From contig NC_042998.1 of assembly GCF_006345805.1 (NCBI RefSeq), positions 75,020,001-75,084,000 on the forward strand: a stretch of DNA of 64,000 nt. The letters are read 5' to 3'. Both the position numbers and the translations under genes were made by a program. Below the pieces are notes generated by a model. It was not told the origin of the DNA and ran no database searches. It worked only from the letters and a program-made list of their open reading frames with translations. The stretch's first letter is position 1. Each line of letters starts with the position of its first letter. This DNA comes from Octopus sinensis. Taxonomy: Eukaryota. Positions 1 to 13,780 of this stretch are shown piece by piece.

Positions 1-839
1 CGTAGGTTATGGTTCATTCTTCTACTAGCATTGAATTCATGCCGCCAATGTGAGGATATCTATCCCACTGGTTTCAGAATCCAAAGTCTCTGAAATGAAG
101 GTCGTTACTTTTCTGCATCTTGTTATAACGGTAAAAAGTTCACGCAAAAATATACAATACACAAAAAAGATATAATTAGAAAACTAGTAAGACAGTTGAT
201 CATGGGATATCTGTCCAATAACTACTGAGATTTATAGTCTGTGATTGAAGACTGGATCCTTTCAGCTATTGTAGCAAATATCAGCATGGTAGTGTATTTT
301 GTTGAAAGTTCTAGCGAAAAGATCATTAATGCAATTGATAAGACATCCAATATCCTCAGATGAAGTCTCGCAATGTAAATGCTAAAGAGTAATATACTTA
401 GACAGATAAGGATATAACACGGATATAGATTCAAGAGATTGGTTTCGCGGCTAACACAGTAAACCATCAACAGACTGTTCAGGAAAGTGACAAAATTAAT
501 TTAACCAAACGTAAAAAAAAATATAAACAACAAAACATAATGTTTGAAGGTATATAAAGTTTTCGTAACAAGAGATAGGTTTCTGCAGCAACAGCAGTCC
601 ACAAAATATCCAGATTTATATTACAACATTAGCATCCAACGGCTAAATGGAATGTTGACAATTCACTAGGATCAACAAATTCAAGCTATCACAAGTTCCC
701 TCTGGACGGATATTAGGATCTACATACACTACTTGATTTCTGCACTTTGCCATCTACAGATGAATCAATTCCAGAACCTACTTTGAAATTATCTCAGTAA
801 AATGAATACCAGCATTCGAGAACGAAACAAAAATCTTAT

Positions 840-1850
840 ATCGCTTCCACCCTTGATGAAGCAGCAATGTGCTTTATACTAACTGTCAGGGGAGACTTCA
901 TGAATTTACAAATACGTGAGTGTAACTAGACGAAAAAAGAAAGCGTGTACGTTTCTGACCTTTCTAGTTCGTACATTGTCTAAATTTCAGGGAAAAATGT
1001 AGTGTTTCTATAATAGTTATGCATAATGTTAAGTAAATGTTAAATAAAGATTACGGTTACTTATTTGCATAAGTAAGTATTTTAATATAAATCTCTAACA
1101 TTCTACAAGTATTTGAATATATTGAGCAATAACCTTCCCATATTTCAAGAAAAGATTGAAGCGTAAGTATTGTTTTAATATTTGTAACACGATGTATAAT
1201 AACTATTGATTTGAGCAATTCAATTAATTTAAGGTTAAAAGAAATAATCGACTCCAAATCTTTAATATGCTTGTATAATTATTGTTATTAAATATTTTGT
1301 ACGAGTATATATATATTGAAGAAAATAGGATAGTCTTACTTATGTAGCATTTCATTATATTAGCAATGATTCATAAACTCTCTTGGATTATTCGATTTGG
1401 CATATTAAGTATAACCTAATGTAATTGTTTGATATGTTATTTCAATAATAGATTAGCTCCTTGCAGAAATTTTGTCCGAATTAGAGAATGTCAAAAGGTC
1501 AATAACTTCTATATACACTTCTGTAAACTGATTATGTCTGCATTTAACTCCTTGGAGATAACCTCAAGTCTTTATGGAAAATCAAGTGAATGTTGACCCC
1601 TGAAGGCATAATCCTTTGCTACATTTATATGTTCAATTTAAATTTCTCTCCAATTATATTTCGTGCTTACTTAAGGCCAAATCGAACAAATGGTCTGGTC
1701 TATAATAGGAATCCTGGCGAAATTGTCCGCAGGCTACGAAATCAGGTGTTGTTTTTCTTTTAATTTGAAATAATGCGATGTGAGTAAATGCTAAGTGTTC
1801 ACTATTGTAATTGCTTATTCGAATAGGGTGACTTTCCAATCAAAGTTTAA
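840..1850 (-). mobile_element. Highly degenerate Helitron (PIF1-like) helicase relic
   Basis: Minus-strand fragments fall in the expected order: CGQFRQ (cf. GDFRQ, ~1715-1735), KFKLNI*M*Q (cf. L..NMR, ~1620-1650), GANL (cf. RAIL, ~1455), KGQ (cf. SQGQ, ~955) and AASSRV (cf. VALSRV, ~850-865). Many stops and frameshifts. Confidence 0.45.
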
Positions 1851-1992
1851 AAGAAGATATCGAAAACTAGCACATAATCTCTATTATTACGAAACTTTCA
1901 TTGTACAACGGTACAAAGAAAGATAATATAGAAATACTAGTGAATTTAACACAAACATAACTGAAATTTTCGCCGTGCATAAACGCATGCTC

Positions 1993-2037
1993 ATCTGTCT
2001 GTCTATCTCTTTGTATATCTATCTCTCTATCTATCTC

Positions 2038-2098
<61 letters not shown>

Positions 2099-2116
2099 TA
2101 TCTATCTATCTATTAG

Positions 2117-2187
<71 letters not shown>

Positions 2188-2255
2188 GTCTATCTGTCTG
2201 TCTGTCTGTCTATTTATATAGCTACCCACGTATCTCTCTTTTTATCTATCTATCT
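1993..2255. repeat. (TCTA)n/(TCTG)n tetranucleotide microsatellite
   Basis: Directly visible; accounts for the IYLS-repeat ORF. Confidence 0.97.
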
Positions 2256-2282
2256 AACGAATTAACTAACTAACTATATATA

Positions 2283-3549
2283 CAGGGGTTAGACAAAATA
2301 ACGGAAACACCTTAAAATTTCAAACAAATATTTTTTAATATGGAGTAGGCGCGCCTTTGTCAGTAATTACAGCTTGAATTCTACGATGTATAAACTCGTA
2401 CAAGGTTTGAATTGTTTCCAACGGAATTTGTGTTCATTCTTCACCTAAAACGGTCCCTGGTTCCTGTAGTGATGATGCTGGTGAATATAGACTCCTTACT
2501 TGTTTTTTATAAAATGCACCATAAAATGTTCAATAATATTGAGATCTGGGGACTGTGGTCGCTAGATAAGATGCTTAACTTCACTAGAATGTTCCTCGTG
2601 CCATTCAGTAGCAACTTTAGCTATGTGAATTCGTACATTAACATCCTGAAAGATTGCGTTTCCCTTCGGAAACAGTTCCACAGCCATAGGATAAATTTGA
2701 TCTGATAAAATGCTTAAATAGTCTTGACTATTAATTCTGCCATGAAGGAAATCCATTGGGCCGGCGGATTTCCTAGATATAGCTCCCCAGATCATTACAG
2801 ATCTTCCTCTATATTTAGCAGTTGCAGGAAGGCAGTCTGGTTCAAATGCTTTTTTTTATATGTCTCGGCCGGTGGCTGGAAATAAAGTAAACGATGACTC
2901 GTCCGAGAAAATAACGTTCTTCCACTGCTCTAGGGACCAATTCTGTAGGTTTTTACTCCACTCTAAACGTTTTGCAACGTTTGGGTTTGAAAGTAGTGGT
3001 TTTCCGATTGCAGCCCTCCCGTAAAATCCAGCTTTGTGAAGCTTTCGGCGAAGAGTTTATGTGAAAACTGAATTCACGAGGTGGTCATTAAGATCGGCTG
3101 TAATTTGGTGAGCTGTATTTTTGCGATGCTTTCTAACAATTCTAACATTAAGAGTCCGACTGTCCCTATCTGAAAGTTTGAATTTCTTCCGGTGTTTTCT
3201 TTCGACGAGGAGGTTTTTCCCATTTTCTCGAAGGCTATTATTACTTTCGAGACAGCACTTCTTGATATACCAAACATTTCGGTTGTTTTCGTTATGCTAG
3301 CGCCTGCCATACGAGCACCAACAATTTGATCGGTTTGAAAGTCCTATATATGTCATTTTAATGAATTATAATTACCTTTTTCTGATGATATCCAAATAGC
3401 AACAGCAATTTTAACAAAACATATTAAACAGCACTAATAATAAATTTAAAAAATCCCATTAAAATAAACAAGCTTTTGACGGTTTTATAGATATTTCAAA
3501 ATTGTGATGCTCTGCTGCTATGTGTTTCTATTATTTTGTCCAACCCCTG
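2283..3549 (-). mobile_element. Tc1-family (DD34E) DNA transposon, full length, transposase inactivated
   Basis: 28-bp TIRs CAGGGGTTAGACAAAATAACGGAAACAC (2283-2310) and its reverse complement with 3 mismatches (3522-3549), with TA on the left flank. Minus-strand transposase relic ~2335-3356: HTH (GARMAGASITKTTEMFGISRSAVSKV), FSDES, MIWGAIS, IFQD, PQSPDLNIIEH, ending KGAPTPY*. Confidence 0.93.
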
Positions 3550-5059
3550 TGTATATTAAGCATCTCAGCACCTATCGAGATACTAAACTATACAACACTA
3601 TCCTTGTAGCAGACATGCAACCTTGTCGATGAGTTAGGGATTCGCTACGTCTAGACTTATACCTTTAGAATCTTACGAGCTTTACTTGTGACCCATTCGA
3701 GAGAGCTAGGCAAAAGGCGGTAAGAATTATTTTAAGCCTCTCCCACCAGAGCCCACTCACACCAAAGAGAAATATCCAAATTCGATGATACATATCATTC
3801 ACAGTTGCGTTGAAGCTGTTCAGGAAAAAGTTACAAAGTTTACAATGCCTAGCTAACTCACTCACCCACAAAAACTGGTCGTGTTTCTCAGCAGCCCGCC
3901 TGCTGGTAGGATCTTATAGTAACCATAAGAATAATACAGCCACCAGAAAGAAAATGCATTGTTTAGATTTCGTGGTATCCTGCATTCGATACAGCAGTAG
4001 ATAACTCTTTGCAGTTTCTTCTTCCATTCAAGTCACAAAAAGAATGATTCTGCGAATAGTAGCCCAATGAAGATAACTATAACTTTCATCTACTCCATGC
4101 AGTCAACTTTACGCTGTTCACACTTTTAAATGTATCGCATTTTTTTTTACCAGATCCTTCTATACATGTATGAGCTTAAATGCTTCCGAGCCTCACATAG
4201 AACTACGTCGTTTCTGACAATGTTCCTTGTATTACCTTCTAACAATATGCTACGAAGCTAGCCCCTCTGATATGCAACTTCCTCAAACTCATCATGGATC
4301 TACACTTATATTTGAAATGTCCCTACATTATGTCCGATTCCAAAGAAAGAAAACGGCCCTAATCATATCAACTATTCATCTGAAACACTCACGGGTAAAA
4401 TCTATAAGTTAATGAAATAACCATCAACATTGATCTCCTTCAAATCTTTCAATCTCTATCCATCTTTAATGGCAGCCTGAACGGTCTTAGTTACACGAAA
4501 GCCCCCGCCTCTTGTTATCTAGTTTCTTATAGCATGTATCGATTGCATATTGTGTTGGAAAGGTACGAAAGGAATGTTGTCAACCTCAATATTACATAAT
4601 CTTCCGACCTTGTACAACATGCAAATCTCCTTGGCGAAAATGCACATCATATTGTTCTAGATATCACATGGAAAGTTTGATTTATATCAGATGTCACCAT
4701 TATGGCATAGCTTTTCAGAACTCTTCCTGTCTATCATCGTATGTGCGCTAGTTTTTCCCATTGGTTTTGTCTCATTTGGTCCTTCATGTATCATCCACTT
4801 GCAACCTTGATATCGCACGCGAAACTAGTACTGATTCCATGAACAGAGAGCTCTGAAACGGAGCTATTGCTGCCATATATATTTATATATGTACATTCTA
4901 CACCACCTATATAAAACAAGTATATATGTAACCATTGGAATGTGTTTGTATATCCCTGAAGTATGGCAACAAGAAAATATAGATGTATGTAGGCACATAT
5001 ATACACACTCGTTGTTGGGTATGCATATGGAATAATAAATAGACAGATACAATTCATAA

Positions 5060-5500
5060 GGTGTGAATATGTGATGATTTGAGTACCCGATATCTACAAT
5101 TAGTTAGTCGAAGATGCGCATTTACAACATAGCAATGCCCCAGGACAGTGCCAAAGTGACCAAGCGCAAACTTGAGGAATCTGTGTGGTTGTAAGTACTG
5201 CTTCACCTCGTCCACGGTCTTGACTTTGCACTATAACATTACCACCTTCTCCGATGTATGGCTCATTTCATGCACGGACGGAGGGTGAACAATATGGATG
5301 AGGTTGAAATTGGGTGCTGAGTATTTTTAACTAATCAAATGGTAGAAGCATGTGATTAAGCTTGTGGCACAACGACTGCTATAGATAATAGAGTATGATG
5401 GAATGTATTTTGATGAATAAACGCTTCTCGAAATCAATTTGTTTGAACTATTAAGTTAAGCTTGGAATATGAATAAACCTTTGACGCAAAATTGTATGAG
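5060..5500 (+). mobile_element. mariner (DD34D) transposase 3' relic
   Basis: LQHSNA..SAKVTKRKLEE..VLLHLVHGLDFAL*HYHLLRCMAHFMHGRRVNNMDEVE matches mariner HDNA...PHPPYSPDLAPSDYHLFRSM. Confidence 0.75.
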
Positions 5501-5531
<31 letters not shown>

Positions 5532-5782
5532 TGATAGATAGATAGACAGAGAGATAGATCCATTTAATAAATATGTGTGCGTGTGTGTGTGTGTGTGTGT
5601 GTTTGTGTGTGTTTATTAATTCGTTTTGCAAGATTCCTTATGTGAAATCATGTGTTGAACTAGACATTGTTGTATTTCGGGATGATCATTTTTCTTTTCT
5701 TTGCCAAATAAATACACGCACTATATTTTTTCTTCACTCGTTTATTACTGTTCTTTTTTTATTATTTTAACTCATATGCATT

Positions 5783-5828
5783 GTCCGGAAAATTTTCCGT
5801 CACACATCGTGTGCCCTTCTCAGCGACA
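5783..5828 (-). ncRNA. Degenerate hammerhead-ribozyme-like motif in a PLE pLTR-type repeat (~5620-5900)
   Basis: Minus strand reads GTCG CTGAGA AGGGCACAC..GTGTGAC GGAAA ATTTT C CGGAC. Same family as 52387 and 53946; the core is damaged. Confidence 0.45.
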
Positions 5829-6049
5829 CATTTTGTTTTCGTGCGTGTTCTTGCTCCACTTGCTCCATTCTGTTCTTCCAAGACGTCTATCCTTATGTAT
5901 TCGTGGGTTTGTGTCCTCGTTTATTTGTGTGTGTGCGTGTGTATGTGCATGTGTGTGTGTGTGCATGTCTGTGTATGTGTGTGTATGTTTGTCTGTGTGT
6001 GTCATATGCATTAGTGGGTATGGATTGTTAGATTAAGAGAGAACAGCAA

Positions 6050-7500
6050 CTACCTATATCTCGTACTCATGACGGGTTGAGGTTATTATTCTTCGAAGTG
6101 GACTTATTTTTAAACTACTTCGCTGATCCTTCTGCAAGGCGTTGACCATTAGGTAGGTAAACGTAAAAGTTTCTACAAGTGATATATTAATCAGACCTGT
6201 GCAGCCCATATTGGATTTATATTAACTGATGTCTGTATAATATGGATCCAGTGTGCCTGTATTGTTTTGATGAAGAGCATTTATTTGCGTAGTTCTGATA
6301 CCGAAGGGAGGCGTCTATAGATATTGCATGTTAATGTCTACACGTATTTAATATGTCAACATTTTACTGTTGAGCAGGAAGATCAAAATACCCACAGATG
6401 TGAGCTTAGTCAGAAGTTGATGTCGGTCTAAACTGAAGTGCTTAGGTTTTTAGGTAATCGAGTATATTATGTTATCTTATTATTCATCCTGTCATTATTG
6501 CGAGTGAATTTTGTTTGGTTACATAGTTTTTATATTCTCGCTTTGTTAAATAGCAAGATTGCAATTTCATTAATATTTTTGCTGTATTGTTTATAATTTC
6601 TAAGGCTTCATCACCTGACGACTAACAGAAGATACTTCATAACAGAAGATTTCTTCATATAAATAGCAAACGAAGAATATTTCTTCTGCAGAGTGTATGA
6701 AAAGAGTGAGGTTAGGTTATTATATTGCGTGAAGATGTTAATTTCAAGGTATTAAATATTAACGAAATGTATTTCATTCATCACATGTCAGGATGTTATC
6801 AATATTAATATAGAAACGATTTATAATGGTTTTATGGCGGATGTTGGTGACGATTTATTAAATATCCAAAGGTATCAAGAAATTTATATTAGTTTTAGAA
6901 AATATATTATATATAATAGTTTTTGAAATGACGTCAGGTAATTAAAGTGTCGACATCACTAGCTTCCGTGTGACTTAATGAGCTGGTTGCGATATTCTAT
7001 ACAATCTGTCAATATAATAAGGATATCAGCTATTTCTCTGGAAAAATTAGATAACGCATTTTTCTGACACAAACATATATGCTAGCAGTTGAAGAAAGTA
7101 TAATTCCAGGTGAAAATTTGCTCATGTTTTGTATGAAGAAAACGTGAACTGCATTGTGGCATAACAAGAACGAATACTTTATTAGACATGTCTTTTCATC
7201 TATGTAGACTTTACATTCTAGAAAACGTTTTAGTGTTGTGAGAGGTATTATATCTACAAAGTACATACTTTAGATTGATGCAGTGACCTTTCCATCTCGT
7301 AAAGGTTGTTTCCATTGAAGCAAATATTTCTTTGATTTCAGTTACTTTTCTTGAGGCAGTTATCGTTAATATTTACTGTCTTGTGACTAATCAAATTGGC
7401 AGACAGAATAATTCAGTAATAAAGTAGTTATCACTGTTGAGGTAACTCTTCTATCATAACAGCATTTACTCCTTTCATTATTTTAAAATAATTACACTGA
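6050..7500 (-). mobile_element. Very degenerate Penelope-like RT/GIY-YIG relic
   Basis: VTASI*SMYF..TLKRFL and FLLCHN (RT-like, ~7150-7290) and MQYL..ELRK*M/ALHQ (EN-like, ~6260-6340). It lies upstream of the minus-strand HHR repeat at 5620-5900. Confidence 0.3.
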
Positions 7501-8559
7501 AAGTGAAATAATTATACTGAAACATATTTTACCAATATCAACACATAAAAATTGACCTCTTCTAACATTAATGGATTGAATATAAATCTTTGTTTCATTT
7601 TCTAATGCCGATACTACATTATGAAGGTCATGAGAATAGATTGAATATTGATTTCTTACATCACTATGAAACCACAGATGAAGTCTACTAACCATCAATA
7701 TTTGTCGATTTCTTTTACTATGGAATTTAGAATAATAAAAAAGTAAAGATGCTATCAAAATGATTTAAAACCAAACTGCAAAGGGATTTATCTAAATACA
7801 TTTAGATCGCTTTATGCTCTAATGTTGTTGTTACGGGATAATGACTTGAGAACAATGTAATTTATGTATCTTCTGAATTACTATATATGTTCTAAAAATG
7901 ATTTTTTTCCTTATCGACAAAGATTGTATATTAATCTATGAAAAAAACAGAACGATTTTCTTAATTTCTAGGTTTCCATATTTTCGGATAACTTGTAATC
8001 AATCAGCAACATCATCACTAGATTACGATTAACAAAGCAATTAAGAAATTAGGACTATCGTAATGAAGACCGACATGCGTCTGTAGATAAAGTATTCCCC
8101 GATATTTTCGCGCAATGTACGTTGTTCTTCCAGCACAATTCAGCTTTATTGCATTAGAGTTTGACATTTGGAAACTATTTGCTCACAACGCAATTGAATT
8201 TCGATTACAAGGAGAGTGAAACTGACACTGAGACCGCAACGCAGATGAGAAATTATTTTCGTAAAGTGGAAGCATACATTGAGGATCTGCCAACGCGCGC
8301 CAGCATTGGCTATTGCTATTGTTGCTACTGGAGCTTCAAAATGAAAAGAGAAAATCTTCAAATCCAGCTGGGTACAAAAACATAATTTATACGCTTATAA
8401 CGAATACTTTGTTTTGTTAAATATGTACTTACTGTTTATGTACATATTTTTGTTTGCAAAAACAATAATGTAACCAAGTCATTCGGATACTGCTGTATTG
8501 TTTCGGTAGTGCGTCAACATTTTATGACGACTGTCGGTTACTTAAATTTAAGCATGCAC

Positions 8560-8560
8560 A

Positions 8561-8632
<72 letters not shown>

Positions 8633-8804
8633 TAGTAGTAAGAGCAGCAGCAACATTAGTAGTAGGAGGAGGTTGTGCATCAGCAGCAGCAGTAGTAGTA
8701 GTAGTAGTAGTAGTAAGAGCAGCAGCAACATTAGTAGTAGTAGTAGGAGCAGCAGCAGCATTATTATTATTATTATTAGTAGTAGTAGTAGTAGCAGTAG
8801 CAGT

Positions 8805-8842
<38 letters not shown>

Positions 8843-8880
8843 TAGTAGTAGTATAGTAGTAGTAGTAGTAGTAGTAGCAG
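8560..8880. repeat. Compound (AGT)n/(AGC)n trinucleotide microsatellite with an internal duplicated unit
   Basis: Directly visible; the unit AGTAAGAGCAGCAGCAACATTAGTAGT occurs twice. Confidence 0.97.
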
Positions 8881-11800
8881 AAGTATTTTGCTCAAGAGCA
8901 TCTTTGTCAGTGAACAACATCAACATGCACATCAGTTCCACTAGATGTTATAAAGTCAATAGTGACCGATATCATCATCATCAAAAGTTCAATGTATTTC
9001 TTCTCTCCCATACAAGTTTTGAAAATGGACTTGGTGCCTTATAACATCAAGTCTCATTGTAGTCAAAGTTTGATTCCATCCATTCACCGACATTGCTTCT
9101 GTAAGAAGATTCAGATTGGAAAAAGTAAGAAGCTTTCCCAATTAATGATTATATATGAGCGCTGTGTGCATTGTTTTTAAAAGCTTCTACCGTCTTTCGC
9201 CCATTATAACAACCTAATTTCTTGCTTGGAGCGGTTTCTATGACATGTGCATGGTAGGGAAAAGCACATCCTTCGAATGTCGCTAGAAATGACATCCTCT
9301 GACGTGGTACACACCCTGGAGAGTCACTACTAAACAAGACCTTCTTACAGGAGAACATAACGTGCGCTGGTTATGTGGCATGTGTATTTCACCATTGAAA
9401 CAATGGCGAAATGCACCTGTCTTATAATTTACAAATACCAGCAATCCCCTTGCCTAATAAGATGAAACGCTAGTTGGAGGAAAATGATGGTTTCAAGGAT
9501 ATTCTAATTAACTGGAGGAACCAGATCTAGGTAAATTTTCTGAACTCAGTTAATACAGTTGCAACATATGTGTTTACAGGTTTGTACCGAATTTAATTTT
9601 GAAGTGCAAATAGCTTCATATACATCGCGGTGTAGTGAAGGAATTCAAGGCAAAGAACTTTGTAAATACCCAGAATGCTAGAATGTTGTAACAGAAGTTG
9701 CTGTATATGACGATGAAGAATCGGGCTTTAGTAACGAAGATTGACAACAATATCTCTAAAGATCTTGCTTTTAAAATATTTAAATGTAAGAAATACAATA
9801 ACACACACAGCTGTAAACAAGGAAAAGGTAAATATATTTACTTGTCCGCTGATGGTTTTAAATATTGTTCATATTCAATGCATACAAAACGAACAAAGTT
9901 TTCCATACAACTATTAGTATAGTTTTCATTCAGCATGAACTAGAGTGGCTAAAGCCACAAAAGAAAATGTCGCCATTTTACTGAAACTATTATTATGTGC
10001 TACTGCTGTATAACATATTGTGCGCATTATATACAAGAACAGGCAGGTTTACCCACTGTTTTCCGTATATTATTATACCTGTCCACTTCTCGCTATGTAA
10101 AATGCAAATCCTGAACATGATTCATTGTAGATAAGGTTAAATTTTTGAAAAGTCCTTGTAAGTTATCACATAAAAAGTCCTTGTGAGTTATCACATTAAG
10201 AAAAAAACAGAGTTATGAGAAAAACAAAGAAAGAGGAGGAAAACTCTAATGTAGATAATTCTAAGGAAATGGTTAAAGATACGACTAAGTGAAGGTGTAG
10301 TGAGGAGACCTAAGAAAGGAACAAGCTAAAAACGTTTCATAAAGCATTTGGCCTAGATAATGAGCGAAGTTATTGTAAAGGTAGGCAGCACATATGGTTT
10401 TATGTTCTATGAAATATGTAGACGAAAAATGTTCAGTTGATAACGATGCAGCTGCTAAATGTGTTAATGAATTCACCAAGTTATATTGGAATCCTTTGAA
10501 AGTTATTTTCTTGTCCAATAATGAGCTTTGTTGGCCTAAGTCTCAACTGTAATAATTGTTACACACATTCTAAAATAAAACTCTTGCTAAAAATGCTTTA
10601 AGCATTTATCTCCTCCTAACTGCACATCATTAATTGACCCTCACCACCAAAAAAAAAAAAAAGAAATCGACATGATACTTTCTTTTAAAATCTCAGTATC
10701 ACACCCATTTTATAAAGCACATATTGTGTATGGCTCTACCTCGCAGATAAGTACGTGAGTTTCTAAAGCAATTTAATACGACTTCCTGTGTTGACAATGT
10801 TTGGTAGTCTGCATAAATATCTACAAATGTATGGCATAAATTTTAGCGATGATCGATGGTTGAAGCTCCTGCTGATGAAAACAGTCAAAATGACTTTACA
10901 GGATTTAGGACTTTGAAGAAGAAACAGGATATATATATAATCCGCTCCCTTAAGATCGTTATCTAGCTAATCCCCATGCAAAAAACATTCAATCCAGAAT
11001 GAAGATGATATTGGGAAATGTATTGGTAAACGTAAGTGGCAATATAGCTACTCTTATCATTATACTGGCCAAAACATTGTACAGGTGGTTATAAGTAAGC
11101 CGTAAAACGCTAACGGAGAATAGAGAAATGATGACAAAGAACATGAGCAGAAAAACATATTCTTTTGATCGATTAATTCAGTTAAAAGATGAACAGCTAA
11201 AATGTCTAGAGCAATACATTTTTATAAGTGAACAAGAAGTAAAGAATATTTATATGCTATAAGATAACCTAATTGAAGAAAAACCAAAATATATGCATTA
11301 GATCAGCTTGCAAGATATACTTTTAAAATAGCTAAAAACAAAATGTAGGTAGAACAGAAAGGTCAATACTTAAAAGTCCAGCGGTATCAGCGTTAGCTCA
11401 CCGAACTGTGCTGCTCTCTTTATCATCAGCACTAGATACCTTAGTGATCTTCTAAAATGAAGAGGGTGAGAATCTCGATAGCCCTTCATCTCAAAAGCTA
11501 TCAAGAGACTAATCTTGATAGCTTTTCTCCTCATAATATGTAAATGTCCATTGCTGATGAAATTATATGTGAGTTATGAAAATTGTAGTTGATTTTAATT
11601 TAATGGTCTTTGTATTATTTTATTAAAATTTAACAGGAATTTCATTTAATGTCATATTATTCACATTTTGACCATTTTGAAATTCGATAAAAATCGCTAA
11701 CCCGATATCAACATACATATACTCTTTTACTTGTTTCATTTGATATGAGAGAGATGCAATCGTGTAGAAACACGTTGAGGTATTTAGTGAAAGAAATCGA

Positions 11801-12381
11801 CACTGGCCGTTATTGTTTTAAGTGTGGTTCTTATTTTATCGGATAACTTTTGCCAAACTGCTAAGGTACGTTGTGAGTGATATGAGAACCAACAAAACGT
11901 CATGCAGACACATACATACATATGCACACATACATACACATGTATATAAATACATACATACAGACAGGTACTGCGCGCGCACCCGCACACCAATGACCTT
12001 ATATTCAGTAAATACGAATAGTAAACAAAAACGGTTTAGAAATGATTACCTGGTTCTTCTAGCAGTACATATAAATGTTAATCAGGTGAATGTATATAAA
12101 TTTTAATCTTCCTTCCTTCAGTTATTTTATTTAGATTTACTCTGATATTATGCATTACACACTCTCCTCTTCTATTTCTTTGTATTTGCTCATCACGCTT
12201 CCATTCCGAGCTATCTTGTCGGGTTTCTTTTTCTTCATCTTTATATTTAGCTTGAGTATATATCCAATTTACACTTAAGCTTGCCAATTATCCCAAATTA
12301 TCTTTATGCCCCCTGCAGCAGAATCTACGTTATCTAGATTATGACCGTATTCGACGGCAACACGAATAATATGATACTTGG

Positions 12382-12519
12382 GCACTTCTATAATTTTTAA
12401 TTTATAATGCTGAAACCATTTACGTTTTATTTTGATATAACTAAATCCGTTTTGTTTGGGAGGCAACGACCTTAATTTCAACTCTACAAAGTATTAAGGC
12501 CATAGTATACATATTATAT

Positions 12520-12606
<87 letters not shown>

Positions 12607-12820
12607 CGTGCGAAGGCATACACGCACACACATTAATGTGTGTGTGTCTGTGTGCCTGTGTCTGTGTTTGTCTGTCTGTCTGTATGTATGCATGTATGCA
12701 TGTATGTATGAATGTACGTACGTACGTACGTATGTATGCATGTATGTATGAATGTATGTATGTATGTATTATGTATGTATGTATGTATGTATGTATGTAT
12801 GTATGTTGTATGTATGTATG

Positions 12821-12852
<32 letters not shown>

Positions 12853-13032
12853 TGTATTATGTATGTATGTGCGTACGTACGTACGTATGCATGTATTTAC
12901 GTATACTAGGGCCTTTATATTTAGTAGAGTTGAATTTAAAGTCATTGTTGTCCTGCAGAAAATGAATTTAGATATTACAAAATGCAAAAGCAAAGGAATA
13001 CAGCATAATAAATTTAAGAAACTTAGAAGTGC
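12382..13032. mobile_element. Diverged fold-back/MITE-like element with ~130-bp inverted arms around a microsatellite
   Basis: 12382-12510 (GCACTTCTA...TTCAACTCTAC...AGGCC.TAGTATAC) is the approximate reverse complement of 12901-13032 (GTATACTAGGGCCT...GTAGAGTTGAA...TAGAAGTGC). Confidence 0.7.
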
Positions 13033-13139
13033 GTAAATATTCATACAAATATGTATGCACACATATAGACATACCTATACATACACACACACTGTCTTAT
13101 ATATACGCACAGGTATACAAATACCAAGATTTGATAAAT

Positions 13140-13334
13140 AAAATGAAGTAATTCAGTTCTATGTTTAAGAGATGAAGAATTATGTACATTATTTAAATTA
13201 TTTACATTTGACGGGTGTTTGTCCTCATCTTGTTTGTTGTTAACAAAACGTTTCGGCTGATATACCTTCCATCCTTCATCAGGTGTCTTGGGGAAATTTA
13301 GAACCTAGATTCTCATTCTTAAGGTATTTTTCGA

Positions 13335-13368
<34 letters not shown>

Positions 13369-13381
13369 ATTTTTATTGTTA

Positions 13382-13427
<46 letters not shown>

Positions 13428-13535
13428 GATTATTATTATTATTATTATTATATTATTATTATTATTATTATTATTATTTTTATTTTTATTTTTATTATTA
13501 TTATTATTATTCATGTCACTGCCTGGAATTGAACT
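13140..13535 (-). mobile_element. Inverted PLE pseudo-LTR: truncated tRNA-like B box, (AAT)n/(AAC)n, then HHR tail
   Basis: The minus strand starts AGTTCAATTCCAGGCAGTGACATGA(ATA)n, matching the + copy at 13760-13790, and continues to the HHR at 13242-13287. Confidence 0.75.
13242..13287 (-). ncRNA. Minimal type I hammerhead ribozyme (PLE-type), slightly decayed
   Basis: GACAC CTGATGA AGGATG-gaaggtatat-CAGCC GAA ACGT T^ TTGTT. Core intact, palindromic stem III ACGT, one mismatch each in stems I and II. Confidence 0.7.
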
Positions 13536-13562
13536 ACGCCATAATTTCAAGAAAAAAAAAGA

Positions 13563-13673
13563 GATCACCGCTGGAAAATACGAAATCTAAAAGAAGCAGC
13601 ACATATGCCAGGACACAACAACTTACTAAGCAGACCGAGTGCAGATATGAATAGCATATGGGAACCGGTATGA
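13563..13673 (+). mobile_element. Penelope-like GIY-YIG endonuclease C-terminus (5'-truncated)
   Basis: Translates DHRWKIRNLKEAAHMPGHNNLLSRPSADMNSIWEPV*, matching the W..R.LKEA..I...N...W.P tail typical of Penelope/Poseidon ORFs. Confidence 0.7.
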
Positions 13674-13712
13674 AGGAAGGATAGGAAAATATTAGAATTA
13701 TAAGCCCTAAAA

Positions 13713-13780
13713 TTCACTCCATAATGGTTAAGAGCACGGGCTACTAACACTAAGATTCCGAGCTCGAATCCTGGCAGTGA

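Noticed and set aside
3600-4800. Possible LINE relic (minus-strand GVDESYSYL), with similar hints at 43800-44550, 25720-26120 and 9000-9560
   Set aside because: Only one or two weak motifs each; a family cannot be assigned by eye.
8161-8385. 74-aa ORF with normal composition
   Set aside because: No recognisable domain or convincing splice pair; a faint MULE-like HNAIE motif is too weak to call.
8509-9044. Long poly-Val, poly-Ser and poly-Leu ORFs, and the many IYIY, CVCV and HTHT ORFs elsewhere
   Set aside because: They are translations of microsatellites, open in several frames on both strands.
10148-10196. Short tandem duplications (here and at 14887-14921) as CRISPR-like arrays
   Set aside because: Only two adjacent units, no spacers, and a eukaryotic context; these are simple slippage products.
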